Source: Sulfolobales archaeon
GTDB taxonomy: Archaea > Thermoproteota > Thermoprotei_A > Sulfolobales > AG1
Length of the DNA stretch: 64,000 nt
Assembly: GCA_038867615.1 (NCBI GenBank)
Contig: JAWBYA010000002.1
Span: 96,001-160,000, forward strand
Direction of reading: 5' to 3'
Shown here one piece after another: positions 31,147-42,121 of this stretch; within the stretch, counting starts at the first letter, position 1; every line of letters begins with the position of its first letter. The notes below the pieces were generated by a model. It made no database searches and had not been told where the DNA came from. It saw only the letters and a program-made list of their open reading frames with translations. The translations under genes and the position numbers were made by a program.

Positions 31147-32154
31147 ATGCCAAGCCCGGGCGATGCGTTAGCATGCCTACAGGGCTTTGTAAACATACCC
31201 TTACAACAGTTTATAGGATTCCTATTCTATATGAGCATATTGAGCTTAATGGGGCTTGGGCTTACTCTAATGTATCAGACTACAAAGGTACCTAATTTCG
31301 CGTACGGCTCCTACGTTGGTGTCGGTATGTATGTTGCCTTCCTTGGCCACGAGCGAATCCTAGGGATCATGCCCCCATACCCTCTAGCGCCCCTTGCATT
31401 CTTACTAGGAGGGATCGCTTCTCTCCTCACATACCTATTTGTTATCAAACCCCTAGCATCCCGTGGTGCTTCGATCGTTCAGCTCATGATAGCAACCATA
31501 GCCGTGGATCTCTTTGCCTCAACTCTTCTCTACATATTAACAGATTATTATTACTATGTCCACAAGATCTATACTGTCAAGGGCTTCCTATTCAGATCCA
31601 ACGACATAGTGCTCATACCAGGGATCCAGTTAACAGCAGCCCCAATCATAGCTGTCTCTCTCCTAGCAGTCCTGGTAGTAGCTCTATACATATTTATTAA
31701 TAAAACAAGGATCGGAATAGCTATGAGAGCATCTATAGAGAATCCACAGCTCGCAGAGATCCTTGGGATACCGACTGGCAGGATATATCTACTCTCATGG
31801 TTCCTTGCAGGAGCATTGGGAGGGCTTGCAGGTTCTCTTTACCCCATGTGGTTATATGTGGATCCCAGTGTCCCAGCAAGAATACTTATAACTATATTCG
31901 CTGTAAGCATTGTTGGGGGGCTCTCAAGCATTTATGGACCCTTCCTAGGAGCTCTTGTAGTAGCGTTTGCCGAAGCAATACTCCCATCACAGATCTATGG
32001 GTGCCTCTACTCAGTCGGCTATCCCGAGGCTAGCGAGATCCTGAAATACGGCTTCGTGTTCCCAATGATCCTAATAGTGCTCTTCATAGCGTTCGCACCA
32101 GTGGGGCTAGCACCTATAGTATCATCAGCTCTGACTAGGTTGCAGAGGAGGTGA
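31147..32154 (+). CDS. LivH-type ABC permease
   Basis: GLTLMY...PNFAYG, GIAMRASIENPQLAEILGI. Confidence 0.9.
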   Translation: MPSPGDALACLQGFVNIPLQQFIGFLFYMSILSLMGLGLTLMYQTTKVPNFAYGSYVGVGMYVAFLGHERILGIMPPYPLAPLAFLLGGIASLLTYLFVIKPLASRGASIVQLMIATIAVDLFASTLLYILTDYYYYVHKIYTVKGFLFRSNDIVLIPGIQLTAAPIIAVSLLAVLVVALYIFINKTRIGIAMRASIENPQLAEILGIPTGRIYLLSWFLAGALGGLAGSLYPMWLYVDPSVPARILITIFAVSIVGGLSSIYGPFLGALVVAFAEAILPSQIYGCLYSVGYPEASEILKYGFVFPMILIVLFIAFAPVGLAPIVSSALTRLQRR

Positions 32155-32160
32155 TGATCT

Positions 32161-33255
32161 GTGAGCGATGTGCTCAGCCTAGTAATAGATACAATCCCCT
32201 TCATAGCGATATTCGCAACAATAGCGATCTCACTGAACATAGAGTATGGATACGCAGGCCTCCCCAATTTCGGCAAAGTATTACCCGTCTTTGGCGGTGC
32301 TTTAATAGCAGGCTCTATGGTTCCGAGAATGATACAAGCAATATTCCCCGACGCTCCCAAGACAGACTATATATTCAACAATGGCCCTGCATCGGTAGAG
32401 CTTCAGGCTTTTATGAACACGCACTACGAGATCTCAGTGATCATGATGATCCTCGGGCTTGTAATAGCCATAGTCTTTGGAGCATCTCTCGGCCTGATCT
32501 CAGCAGCACCTGCTCTAAAGCTTAGAGAGGATTACCTAGCAATAACCCTGATAGCTATGGCAGAGATCTTCAGAGCTGTCTCGAAAAACTACGATCCGAT
32601 AATGAATGGTGCAAGAGGAGTCTCTGTCCCCGACCCGCTTGGGTGGCTGGGACCTAAGTCATGGGTTTATCTATATATCTCGTCCGCAATGCTTATAGCA
32701 TCACTCGCTATAACAAGCTATATGCTCAGAACACCCTTAGGAAGAGCTCTTAGAGCTATGAGGGAGAATGAGGTGACTGCACAGAGCCTGGGGATAAATA
32801 TAGCGTCTCTCAGGGTTAAGAGCCTCATGATCGGTTCTGCGATAGCTGCTGTTGCGGGCTATATAGATACTATGTACTCAGGAGGGCTTACCGTGGATAA
32901 GTATGATAGATATCAATATACATTCATACCATGGCTCATGGTTCTAATGGGCGGTGCCGGGAATAACCTAGGCGTATTCCTAGGCGTATCTATATACTGG
33001 GTAGCCTCTAGGGCTATCAACTTCTACAAAGACCAGATACTCTCAGGCATATCATGGCTTGCAAACCTCGGGGGTTCAGGGATAGATATGAGCTGGTTCG
33101 ACGTAACAAGGGTTGAGAGAATAGCGTTCGCAGTAGTAATCATAGTCATACTGCTCCTAAGACCCCAGGGCATATTGCCCGAGAAACCAATAAAGACTCC
33201 TGGGTATAGGCTTGTAGAGGATATGATGAAGAAAAACCGAGGGACATCCTCATAA
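32161..33255 (+). CDS. LivM-type ABC permease
   Basis: SLNIEYGYAGLPNFG, LREDYLAITL, RAMRENE, RPQGIL. Confidence 0.9.
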   Translation: MSDVLSLVIDTIPFIAIFATIAISLNIEYGYAGLPNFGKVLPVFGGALIAGSMVPRMIQAIFPDAPKTDYIFNNGPASVELQAFMNTHYEISVIMMILGLVIAIVFGASLGLISAAPALKLREDYLAITLIAMAEIFRAVSKNYDPIMNGARGVSVPDPLGWLGPKSWVYLYISSAMLIASLAITSYMLRTPLGRALRAMRENEVTAQSLGINIASLRVKSLMIGSAIAAVAGYIDTMYSGGLTVDKYDRYQYTFIPWLMVLMGGAGNNLGVFLGVSIYWVASRAINFYKDQILSGISWLANLGGSGIDMSWFDVTRVERIAFAVVIIVILLLRPQGILPEKPIKTPGYRLVEDMMKKNRGTSS

Positions 33256-33374
33256 GCCGCCCAACATGCAGCAAGGATCAGTGCATGAATGTATCTTCAC
33301 AGATCCGGCTTGCCGGGTTTCATCACACCAATAACAAGATCTCGTGGTTCTATATAAATAGTTGGGGGATCCGG

Positions 33375-35198
33375 CTAGAGGAAGTCGCTGGCAACGAGCT
33401 TTACAAGGGACTCGAATTCCTTAAGATTCCTAGCTATCCTCCCTATCCTAAGCCCCATATACTTCCTAATATCCTTAGACATGAACCTCCTATCACCGAG
33501 GACAACCAACGCTCTATCATCCTCGCCCCTCACGGCCCTCCCTATAGCCTGCAGTACCTTCATAGATGCCGTCATATTGTATATATAGTCCCAAGCCTCA
33601 TCCTCCGAGACCCTTTTTCTCATACTCTTGAAAATCTCATCCACGTACTCATCCTTCTGGGGGTAGGGAACACCTGCTACGAATACACACCTGATCATGG
33701 ATCTATTGTTAGCAACGAGCTCTATCCCCTCAGAAAGCTTTCCTCCCGCAACTGCGTGAACCAAACCGCCATCCCTATCTATACTTCTAACAAGATCCTC
33801 TATGGTGGTGCCTCTATTCTCAACAAACCCCTGGTTTTGAAGCCTATCAACAACATTTCTCATGAACTCATAGCTTGGATATATAACTAGTTTTACGCCG
33901 TCAATGAATCTATCGATCACTTCTATGTATTTTGAATATAGATCATACATGTTGGGGCTCCTCTCACTATACCTAGAGCTCAGCCCGCTTGTAAGCACAG
34001 TAGCTATATTGCCATAAGGCGACCAAGAGCCCAGCTCAAGAGCGTCTATGTAGCTGGCACCCTGTATACCTAGGATCCTCTCAATATATTCAAGAGTAGG
34101 GGGTGTTCCCGACATTAAAAGAGAGGCTCTATACATTGAGAGTGCTTCGGACACAACACTATGATCTATAGCTGTTATCTTGATCCACACGCTCATCCCA
34201 TTCCTATATGCAAAAACCTCGAACCTGGGATCCTCTAGCAAGGCTATCGCGAGCGAGACCTTAACCAACGAGATCCTTTTTGAAGCAGCCTCACCCACAG
34301 AACCTCTCGAGAGGATTCTATCGAGAGCCCTTCTCTTCACCTCGAGAGCTATGTTGATCAGGTGTTCTATAGCGTCTGTATCGATACTGAGAAGAGATCT
34401 ATCTATCTTTCTAAGCCTATCATCCACAGCCCTTTCTCCAGCAAGCCTTAAGATCCTGTTTAGAAGAGCTTCTGAGAAAGGGTCTCCTCCGAGATACTCC
34501 CTGATCTCGTGGATAGAAGCCTCTATCTTAGAGGTGCTTATCTCCGAAGAAAATATCGATGATGGGTCTGTAAGCATATGGGCCTCGTCTATCACAGCAA
34601 AAAACTCTCCAGGATCTTCCTCTGGATATATGGTTGAGAAGAGATCTTTAGAGAACACGTAGGGATATGTTGCTACAACATATTGAGATCCTCTGGCTAG
34701 CTTGGCGAGCGAGAAGAAAGGACACGAACCAAGATCCCTTGAGATCCTCTTCACAGCATCAACATGATTCTCCGAGACGCTGAGGATCTCTTCGACATCT
34801 TCCTCAGGGACTAAAAGGGATTTCTTATAATAGCTACACCTCCCACTCTCCCTCAGGATCTGGCAGTTTAGCCAGAAATCCTCAGGATCTATCCTCTCAC
34901 TGCTCAGAAGAGGGCACATGGCGTGGGCTGAGTGTATAAAGCTATACCTAACACCCTTAACCTTTTTTGATAATCGCTTGAGATCCCTTAGAACAGGGGT
35001 TATCTCATTCCTAGTCCTCACAGAATGGATCGCTGGCGACCTCATCATGCCCGTAGCTATAGCGACAGCCGTCTTTCCAAACCCTGTTGGGGCTCTGAGG
35101 ACTAGGAGTCTTGATAACCCTATCTCCTCCCTGATCCTCTTGAGAACCTCCCTCTGACCTGGTCTGAAGCTCTCGTAGGGGAAGAACTCTTCAGCCAT
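33375..35198 (-). CDS. xpd: XPD/Rad3-family Fe-S DNA helicase
   Basis: FPYESFRPGQ, APTGFGKT, four Fe-S Cys, DEAH, SEGIE, QAIGRAVR. Confidence 0.88.
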   Translation of the reverse strand: MAEEFFPYESFRPGQREVLKRIREEIGLSRLLVLRAPTGFGKTAVAIATGMMRSPAIHSVRTRNEITPVLRDLKRLSKKVKGVRYSFIHSAHAMCPLLSSERIDPEDFWLNCQILRESGRCSYYKKSLLVPEEDVEEILSVSENHVDAVKRISRDLGSCPFFSLAKLARGSQYVVATYPYVFSKDLFSTIYPEEDPGEFFAVIDEAHMLTDPSSIFSSEISTSKIEASIHEIREYLGGDPFSEALLNRILRLAGERAVDDRLRKIDRSLLSIDTDAIEHLINIALEVKRRALDRILSRGSVGEAASKRISLVKVSLAIALLEDPRFEVFAYRNGMSVWIKITAIDHSVVSEALSMYRASLLMSGTPPTLEYIERILGIQGASYIDALELGSWSPYGNIATVLTSGLSSRYSERSPNMYDLYSKYIEVIDRFIDGVKLVIYPSYEFMRNVVDRLQNQGFVENRGTTIEDLVRSIDRDGGLVHAVAGGKLSEGIELVANNRSMIRCVFVAGVPYPQKDEYVDEIFKSMRKRVSEDEAWDYIYNMTASMKVLQAIGRAVRGEDDRALVVLGDRRFMSKDIRKYMGLRIGRIARNLKEFESLVKLVASDFL

Positions 35199-35814
35199 TT
35201 CTATGCACCCTAGATATAAAGATCCTATAGAGCTTCACCCTGGTGAAATGCCCTATCAAGGCAACAATGGCGAAGGAGAGTATAATTGCTATTGCTATGC
35301 CCCTAGCTATCTCAACGCCTATACCGAGCATTGGGGTTATAATTATAGCCAACCCTCCAGAGATCATCAGGATCTCGATCACAATAATAGATCCTATAAT
35401 ACCTAGGTAGATAGCTTTATTACTAAGCCTATATCCAGAACTCTCAATACCCCATAGATAGCCTTGGTAAAGGTTCCTACATCTCTTGAGATGATAGGAA
35501 CCATATATAAATATGAGGGCAAGGATTGTGAGGAGCCATGGGGTGTTGAGAATCACCTCTACTATAAATACTACTACCGAGGAGAACAGTATAAGAAAGC
35601 CCTCAACAACCCTATAAACACTAGTCCCCTCAGAGAGCCTCGAGAGGATCCTAGGAATCAATCCGCTGGGGTTCGCAGCAAGCACCCTGTATAATATATC
35701 CTGGCAATTAATAACCAGGCGGATCCAGCGTTTGGTCAAAAGATCAAGGCTAGGAGATCTCTGCAGGCTAGACAGAGATCCTCGATATAAAAGAACATCG
35801 AAAGCATCAACCAA
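35191..35814 (-). CDS. Hypothetical 4-TM membrane protein (true start probably downstream, ~35660-35685)
   Basis: Hydrophobic helices; stop overlaps the xpd start. Confidence 0.6.
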   Translation of the reverse strand: MVDAFDVLLYRGSLSSLQRSPSLDLLTKRWIRLVINCQDILYRVLAANPSGLIPRILSRLSEGTSVYRVVEGFLILFSSVVVFIVEVILNTPWLLTILALIFIYGSYHLKRCRNLYQGYLWGIESSGYRLSNKAIYLGIIGSIIVIEILMISGGLAIIITPMLGIGVEIARGIAIAIILSFAIVALIGHFTRVKLYRIFISRVHRNG

Positions 35815-35887
35815 TATTCAGGAACAAGCAGCACTATCGCTAGCTCAATATAATATTTGCAAGCATATCTATGGTGGAGGGATAGCC

Positions 35888-36625
35888 TTGGCAGTAATTA
35901 TAAGATGGTGGGGTCACGCGTGCTTCGAGATCCTCTATAGCGGTGTATCGATAACAATAGACCCTCACGATGGAGCTTCTATAGGGCTTAAGAAACCGGG
36001 GGCGAGATCTGATTATGTTCTGATGAGCCATGAGCATTTCGATCACAACGCATACAGGGTTGTGCTTAAAGAGGGAGGTAAATATCTCTCCATGGCTGTT
36101 GGGGAGAACATCCTTGGCCCCTTCAAGGTGAGGGGTATACAGACGTTCCATGATAAGGAGAGGGGGAGAAGGAGGGGGAGGAATGTGGCCTATGTTATTG
36201 AGACCCCCGATGGTTTCAGAATCTTCCATGCTGGTGATCTGGGACACGTGCTTGAGAAGGATCATTTGAGAGAAACGGGCGAGATACACCTAGCCTTATT
36301 ACCGGTCGGAGGTACATTTACAATAGATCATGAGGAAGCCCTCCAGGTGTTCTCATCCCTCAATGCCAAGGTAATGGTTCCGATGCACTACTGGGTTAAG
36401 GGTGTGAATCTCCCCCTAAACACTATAGATAAGCTTGTTGAGAGGGCTAAGAAAGAATATAAGATCTACTGGGTAGATGGTAGCGAGATAGAGGTTTCAG
36501 GAAAACCTGGCTCTGTATCGATAACATCTAAACATAGCTGTAGGGATGAGGCTTCCGGAAAGATCCTGGAGAGGTGCGGGATCGAGGTGGGGGATAGGGC
36601 AATAGTGATCCTAAGTATAGGGTAG
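35888..36625 (+). CDS. Metallo-beta-lactamase fold hydrolase
   Basis: WGHACF, SHEHFDH, HAGDLG, PMHY; TTG 35888 follows a GGTGGAGG SD. Confidence 0.9.
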   Translation: MAVIIRWWGHACFEILYSGVSITIDPHDGASIGLKKPGARSDYVLMSHEHFDHNAYRVVLKEGGKYLSMAVGENILGPFKVRGIQTFHDKERGRRRGRNVAYVIETPDGFRIFHAGDLGHVLEKDHLRETGEIHLALLPVGGTFTIDHEEALQVFSSLNAKVMVPMHYWVKGVNLPLNTIDKLVERAKKEYKIYWVDGSEIEVSGKPGSVSITSKHSCRDEASGKILERCGIEVGDRAIVILSIG

Positions 36626-36630
36626 CCAGC

Positions 36631-37026
36631 ATGCCCATAGGTAAGAGGGAGCTTGCATCCTACCTCCTTCTCTACAGCTCTGGCAGAGAGGTTATAAGCA
36701 TGGATCATGCGAGAGAGATCCTGGAACTCATACTACCTAGAAGAGCCGTTAGAAGCGTGATCAGGATACTCGCTAAATCAGGGTTCATAGGTTTGAATAA
36801 CAAGGAGATAAGGATTCACAAACCCGAAGAGGCTATGGGGAACTATCTCTCACAATATATAAAATCAAGGATCGAGAGAAACGCCAAGTCTAGGCACATA
36901 CCATACAGGATCGAGAAAGTACGGGATAATATAGAGAAAATATACATTGACGGCGTTAAATGCGGAGAGAAGATCAACATAGGGGGAAGAATAGAGATCA
37001 TATGTAAAACAAACACAAATGAGTAG
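36631..37026 (+). CDS. Hypothetical protein (possible winged helix)
   Basis: 131-aa ORF co-oriented 5 nt after the MBL gene. Confidence 0.6.
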   Translation: MPIGKRELASYLLLYSSGREVISMDHAREILELILPRRAVRSVIRILAKSGFIGLNNKEIRIHKPEEAMGNYLSQYIKSRIERNAKSRHIPYRIEKVRDNIEKIYIDGVKCGEKINIGGRIEIICKTNTNE

Positions 37027-37119
37027 ACGGGATAGAACATCTCCGAAGCATAACAATCTATTACTCGATATTCTTTTTAGATCTGAGTTTTATAGCATTT
37101 AATACCTGGATACTAAACA

Positions 37120-37210
37120 TTCGCTCCGGGCTTCTATAGACCTTACAACCTCCCTCATCGAAGCCCGTATCATTTATTCAAAATAGTCTCAACCCCATAG
37201 CTCTTCCAGC
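37120..37210 (-). mobile_element. Degenerate internal fragment of family A tnpB right-end remnant (copy 5)
   Basis: Minus strand ATACGGGCTTCGATGAGGGAGG...TCTATAGAAGCCC resembles ATAGGGCTCCGATGAAAGGGG...CCTATGAAGCC at 52622-52661; 8-bp inverted repeat CGGGCTTC/GAAGCCCG. Confidence 0.5.
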
Positions 37211-37240
37211 CCTGGCTATCTATAGAGATCATCAGGCGCT

Positions 37241-37594
37241 CTACTCCGATTTCTCTTCGAGTAGCTCGACCGTTATTCTTGCTTTAACCTTAGTCCCTGG
37301 CAATGGTGGTGGAGACGTACCAAGTTCTGCGGCAAACACTACGGTGTTTCCAGCAGAGTCGGTGAACTTGATCTCTGCTATGAATGTTTTCTTAGGAGTC
37401 TCCGTAATGCTCCTCATAAGAGTATCATAGATCCTTGTTAAAGCCATCTGTAGAGCTATAGGGCTCGCGAAGTCCTCCGGCCTGAGGGTTATGCTCTTGA
37501 AGGTGCTCATCACCTCACCTATCCTTGCCGTCCCCTCAAACACTATCCTGATAGGAGCGCTCTCCTCACCCTCAGTTTCTCTACCCATTTTCAC
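37241..37594 (-). CDS. Hypothetical protein
   Basis: 117-aa ORF with typical codon usage and an SD-like GGTG; no family recognised. Confidence 0.7.
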   Translation of the reverse strand: MKMGRETEGEESAPIRIVFEGTARIGEVMSTFKSITLRPEDFASPIALQMALTRIYDTLMRSITETPKKTFIAEIKFTDSAGNTVVFAAELGTSPPPLPGTKVKARITVELLEEKSE

Positions 37595-37720
37595 ACCAAC
37601 TATTTTTTCTAAGACACCTTATACGTTGCCATACCTAGTGGCTTAGCAATAGATGATTCGGTGTAGCGTTCAGGCTTTATAGCTGGAAAAAGGTTTAGGT
37701 GGTCGTGATCGCTATCCAGC

Positions 37721-38368
37721 CTATAAGAGGTATAGATCGTCTTCTCTTGGTTCTCTAAGTATTCCTGATTCCATTATATATATCCTATCTCCAGCTAGTT
37801 TAGCCATCTCTGAGTCTTGCTCAGCTATCAACATAGTTATGCCTTTCCTCATCATGCCTTTGAGGATCTCTGCTATCTCTACCTTCATCCTTAGGAAAAG
37901 CCCTGAGGATGGCTCATCTATTAGCAAGAGCTTTGCGTCTGAGTTATAAGCCATTGCGAGTGAGAGTATCTTATACTCACCACCGCTAAGATATCCCGCC
38001 TTTACCTTGAGCCTCTTCTCGAGAACCGGGAAGAGGGATATATCGTAGTCCTTCTTAACAAGCCTCAGATTATCCTCCACAGTAAGGTTTCTGAAGGCAG
38101 CATCTCTATCTGGTATATATCTTATCCCCAGGGAGATTCTCTCATTGAGGCTTTTGCTGGTTATATCGATACCTCTATACAGTATAGACCCCGATGATGG
38201 CTTCAAGGAACCCGCTATCGCCTTTAAGAGCGCAGTCTTACCACTACCGTTAGGTCCCAGCACTACCACAGATTCTTTTTCATGTACAACTAGATCCGCT
38301 TTTTCAACGTTAACCATGTTGCCTTGCTGGCATCTAAGCCCTCTAACCTCTAGAAGCCCCCTCACCAT
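37721..38368 (-). CDS. LivF-type ABC ATP-binding protein
   Basis: GPNGSGKT, LSGGE, IDEPS, AEQD. Confidence 0.9.
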   Translation of the reverse strand: MVRGLLEVRGLRCQQGNMVNVEKADLVVHEKESVVVLGPNGSGKTALLKAIAGSLKPSSGSILYRGIDITSKSLNERISLGIRYIPDRDAAFRNLTVEDNLRLVKKDYDISLFPVLEKRLKVKAGYLSGGEYKILSLAMAYNSDAKLLLIDEPSSGLFLRMKVEIAEILKGMMRKGITMLIAEQDSEMAKLAGDRIYIMESGILREPREDDLYLL

Positions 38369-39044
38369 AACCACCTCCCAGGAGGAGTTTTCTAACCATA
38401 CCCATGGCTTCTTCAACTGGTGCGTCAAAAACTATTTTTCCCGCGTTCATGGCTACGATCCTTTTTGCGAGTCTGCTGAGGTGAGAGATCTTGTGCTCTA
38501 TTATTATAACGCCTATCCCCAGCTCCCTATATATATCGCTTATCAGCTCCCCAAGCTCTGCAGCAGCACTTGATATAAGCCCTGCGAAGGGTTCGTCGAG
38601 TAATAGGAGCTTGGGTTTAAGGGCTAGGCATCTCGCGATCTCAAGCCTCCTGATCTCGCCAAGGGTAAGGCTTCTCGGGCTTCTCTGTCTCTTCTCCCAA
38701 AGCCCTGTTCTCTTCAATGCATACTCAACAATGGATCTATCCCTGGTAACACCCTCTATATTCTCCTCGATAGATAGTGACCAGAAGATCTTTGGCTGCT
38801 GGAATGTCCTAAGAATCCCCATCCTAACCCTATCCTCGATAGATGCCCTAGCTATATCGCTACCCATGAATAAGATGCTCCCGCGATCAGGCTTCACATG
38901 CCCCGTTATAGTGTTAAATAGTGTAGTCTTTCCACTACCATTGGGCCCTATAATGCCTACCAACTCTCGATCTATCTTGAGGGATATGTTGTCTAGAGCA
39001 ACTATCCCTCCAAACCTCTTACTTACGGATCTTAGTTCCAGCAA
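38343..39044 (-). CDS. LivG-type ABC ATP-binding protein
   Basis: FGGIVAL, GPNGSGKTT, RTFQ, LDEPFAG. Confidence 0.92.
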   Translation of the reverse strand: MLELRSVSKRFGGIVALDNISLKIDRELVGIIGPNGSGKTTLFNTITGHVKPDRGSILFMGSDIARASIEDRVRMGILRTFQQPKIFWSLSIEENIEGVTRDRSIVEYALKRTGLWEKRQRSPRSLTLGEIRRLEIARCLALKPKLLLLDEPFAGLISSAAAELGELISDIYRELGIGVIIIEHKISHLSRLAKRIVAMNAGKIVFDAPVEEAMGMVRKLLLGGGYGEGASRG

Positions 39045-39936
39045 CCCCTAACACCACCCTTGCTGCATATATGGTTAACAAAAGGCTTGACGCAACCACG
39101 AGCCTGAGGTCATACATAGCAGCCCTCATAAAGTTATCAAGCCACCATATCCCCATACCGCCTAGGAATGAATAGAGCGCTGAGCCGGGCTTGTAGAGGG
39201 CGCTAGCCATTAACGCATAGATCAGGACTGGCATCGGGTCTGCCAACTCTATACTTGCCACCCCGCTAACCTGCGTATACGGGATCATAACCGCGGTGAC
39301 CATGAGCGTACACACTACGTGTGTCAAGATCTTTACCCTTACTACGCCTATGCCAGAGGACTCTGCGAGAGTCTCATCATCCCTAATCATTGCTAGCTTT
39401 ATAGCAAGCCTCGTCCCCAGAAGGATAAAGAGAAGGGATAATACGCCCATTGATATTGCTAGGGAGAGGTAATAGAGGTGTGTGGGGCTGCTTAGGAGAG
39501 GTTTTACATAGATCCCGACATCCCCGCCAAACACCTCTGGAAAGAGCCTCGCTATTGGTGCCAGTGTGAATGGATAGAGGAGAGTTGCAACTGAGTAGAA
39601 AGGCCCTCTAAGCTTGAGCATCGGGACGAGTATCGCTATTGAGAAGAGCATTGACAGCGGAAAGGCTGCCAGGATGGCTAGAGCCGTGGGGAGCCTTTCA
39701 AGTGTTATTGCTATTGAGAAGGCTGACGATGCTACAATATATGTATAGCCTAGGTTTATATAGCCGCTCCTTATATAGAAGAAATCATATATAGAGACCA
39801 GCGCTCCGAAGAGTAAGAGAAGCGATAATAGTGTTAGCATGTATGAGGAAAGACCTAGCATTGGTAGTATAGACATTGATATGAGGATAACGGCCAGGGG
39901 TATAAGCTCTCCATAACTGATCTCCTTCAAGCCCAT
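39019..39936 (-). CDS. LivM-type ABC permease
   Basis: GYINLG, LRGPFYSVATL, IRDDETLAESSGI. Confidence 0.88.
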   Translation of the reverse strand: MGLKEISYGELIPLAVILISMSILPMLGLSSYMLTLLSLLLLFGALVSIYDFFYIRSGYINLGYTYIVASSAFSIAITLERLPTALAILAAFPLSMLFSIAILVPMLKLRGPFYSVATLLYPFTLAPIARLFPEVFGGDVGIYVKPLLSSPTHLYYLSLAISMGVLSLLFILLGTRLAIKLAMIRDDETLAESSGIGVVRVKILTHVVCTLMVTAVMIPYTQVSGVASIELADPMPVLIYALMASALYKPGSALYSFLGGMGIWWLDNFMRAAMYDLRLVVASSLLLTIYAARVVLGVAGTKIRK

Positions 39937-40760
39937 CTAACACCCCTCCCAAAGATCCCCTCAGGCCTTAGGAGAAGAACGGATATTAAAATCGTGAGAG
40001 GAATTAGATCCTTAGCGGGAGACCCTATATAGTATGCCGCGAGAGACTGTGTGAATGATAGTATCATAGAAGATGCTAGTGCTCCCATAGCACTTCCAAG
40101 ACCACCCACTATGACTACCGCAAGCACTATTGTTAAATAATACCAGCCCACGTGGGGGTATATAGCATATAGGGGGGTTATGGCTATAGATGCTACTGAG
40201 GCGAAGAGAGAAGCTATCATGAATGACAGCATGCTTGTTACCCTCACGTTGATCCCCATGTACCTAGCTAGATCTTCGTTCTCTGCCACAGCAGCCATTC
40301 TCTTACCAATCATTGTGCGGCTCATCATCACGTAGAAAGCCAGCAGGGAAGCGATCGAAGAGAAAGCAGCTATAACCCACTGGGCAGAGATCCCCATGAT
40401 ATCGCCAGGTGCTATTACTAGAGAGATAAGCCTAGCGCCATATATCTTTAGAAGCACACCCTCTATTAGAAGAGCAACTGCTATTGAGACTACTATAGAT
40501 AGTATTAGATCCTTTCTAAAGATCCACAGGACAAGCCAGAGAATAGCGCCTATAACGAGGGATAATAGCACAGATATGGGAAGAGCCATCACAGCTGGCA
40601 TGAAGTTGAGGAGAGTGCTAGCTATGTATGAGGTTAGTATTATCTGAGCCCCATAGGCCAGGTTAACTATCCTAGACACGCCTAGGACAAGGTTAAAACC
40701 GATTGCCATGAGCATATAAACCAATCCAACTATTACTGAGAATAAAAACACCTCTAGCAA
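39927..40760 (-). CDS. LivH-type ABC permease
   Basis: GFNLVLGVSRIVNLAYG, IVGGLGS, RPEGIFG. Confidence 0.9.
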   Translation of the reverse strand: MLEVFLFSVIVGLVYMLMAIGFNLVLGVSRIVNLAYGAQIILTSYIASTLLNFMPAVMALPISVLLSLVIGAILWLVLWIFRKDLILSIVVSIAVALLIEGVLLKIYGARLISLVIAPGDIMGISAQWVIAAFSSIASLLAFYVMMSRTMIGKRMAAVAENEDLARYMGINVRVTSMLSFMIASLFASVASIAITPLYAIYPHVGWYYLTIVLAVVIVGGLGSAMGALASSMILSFTQSLAAYYIGSPAKDLIPLTILISVLLLRPEGIFGRGVRWA

Positions 40761-40775
40761 GAGCTATCCCCACAG

Positions 40776-42017
40776 CTACTTAGAGAGCCATGGGGGTGGT
40801 TGGAACCTCGCATCAGCATACTTAGAAGGCCATATAACCGCAAGCTTTCCACCAGGTAGCCATTGGAGAGCCATTGTCGCTATGTAATCCTCACCATACA
40901 TCGCTGAATGCCCCTTAGTGAAGACCCACCTGCCGGTGATCCCTTGGTAACCGTTCTTTTCAATATAGTCAGCAACCGCATCGCCATCGAATTTTCCTGT
41001 GGCTTCTACAGCCTTCTTCCACGCATATACAGCATCATAGATATATGGTGCGTAGAAGAGCGGGTCATAGCCGTATTTCTGTTTAAATGCATCGTAGAAA
41101 GCCTTAAGCTTTGGATCAGCGCCAGCGCCTCTACCATATGAGAAGAATATAAATACCTGATATGCAGTCTTCCCCCCAGTTATGTTCCACTGCTCGGGTC
41201 TCATTCCAACACCATCGAACTGGATTAGCACAAACGAGGGCTTCAAGTCGTCATAGTCTCTCTGGAGGAATTTGGCATCGCCGTATGCGCTCCATACTAG
41301 TAGTAGCTGGACACCGCTATCTCTAGCCTTTGTTAGGTGCGGTACAAAGCTGGTGGTTTTACCAATATCTATTGTCCCCTCATATACAAGTTCAAAACCA
41401 TCTTGCTTGATAGCATTCTTAACGGTGCTGACCACAGGAGCCGTCCATGGCGCGTTATCATATAACAAACCGAACCTCTTTAGACCGAGTTGCTGTGCGA
41501 TCATCTTCGCTGGGTAATATACGAAGAGGGTATGTGTGGAGGCGTTTGTGTTGAACCTAAACCAATATCTATACCCGGGATTGTTGCTCACATTAACATC
41601 GATAACATCGCTAGTAGCACCCATAGCGAAAACCGGGATCTTGTACTGCTGGATCAGGGGTAGGATGGCTAGCCCGACAGGGCTTGCATGTATTCCGAAC
41701 ACAGCAACTACTTTGTCTTCCTCAACAAGCTTTCTAAACCCGCTCACACCCTTATCAGGTGCGTTTCCATCGTCGTATGTAACGATCTCGATCTTTCTTC
41801 CCAGCACACCACCAGCTCTATTTATTTCTTCAACCGCCAGTTGCACAGATTTCAACCCAACATCGCCAAACTCTGTCTGAAGGGGGCCCAGGAATCCTAT
41901 CTTCACAGTACCAGTTGCCTGTGGTTGGCTCATCATTACTACCAGGGCGGCCCCTATAGCTGCTATCACGATTATAGCGGCTATTATGATTATATATGTT
42001 CTCGATAATGCTCTCAT
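40776..42017 (-). CDS. Liv-type ABC substrate-binding protein (possibly aromatic acids)
   Basis: VEEINRAGGVLGRKIE, YDAVY, QW...IWP. Confidence 0.9.
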   Translation of the reverse strand: MRALSRTYIIIIAAIIVIAAIGAALVVMMSQPQATGTVKIGFLGPLQTEFGDVGLKSVQLAVEEINRAGGVLGRKIEIVTYDDGNAPDKGVSGFRKLVEEDKVVAVFGIHASPVGLAILPLIQQYKIPVFAMGATSDVIDVNVSNNPGYRYWFRFNTNASTHTLFVYYPAKMIAQQLGLKRFGLLYDNAPWTAPVVSTVKNAIKQDGFELVYEGTIDIGKTTSFVPHLTKARDSGVQLLLVWSAYGDAKFLQRDYDDLKPSFVLIQFDGVGMRPEQWNITGGKTAYQVFIFFSYGRGAGADPKLKAFYDAFKQKYGYDPLFYAPYIYDAVYAWKKAVEATGKFDGDAVADYIEKNGYQGITGRWVFTKGHSAMYGEDYIATMALQWLPGGKLAVIWPSKYADARFQPPPWLSK

Positions 42018-42061
42018 TAAACCACCTTTTTATATATAGAAATAGTCAGCTATATATTATC

Positions 42062-42092
42062 ATCTAATTCTGTTTGATTATGTATATTTAAG
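42062..42092. promoter_or_regulatory. Putative operator plus TATA box in the divergent liv / regulator promoter
   Basis: ATCTAATTCTGTTTGATTATGTATATTTAA matches the hpaD promoter motif. Confidence 0.55.
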
Positions 42093-42121
42093 TTTCTTAT
42101 TGACACACGCAGTGAGACCCC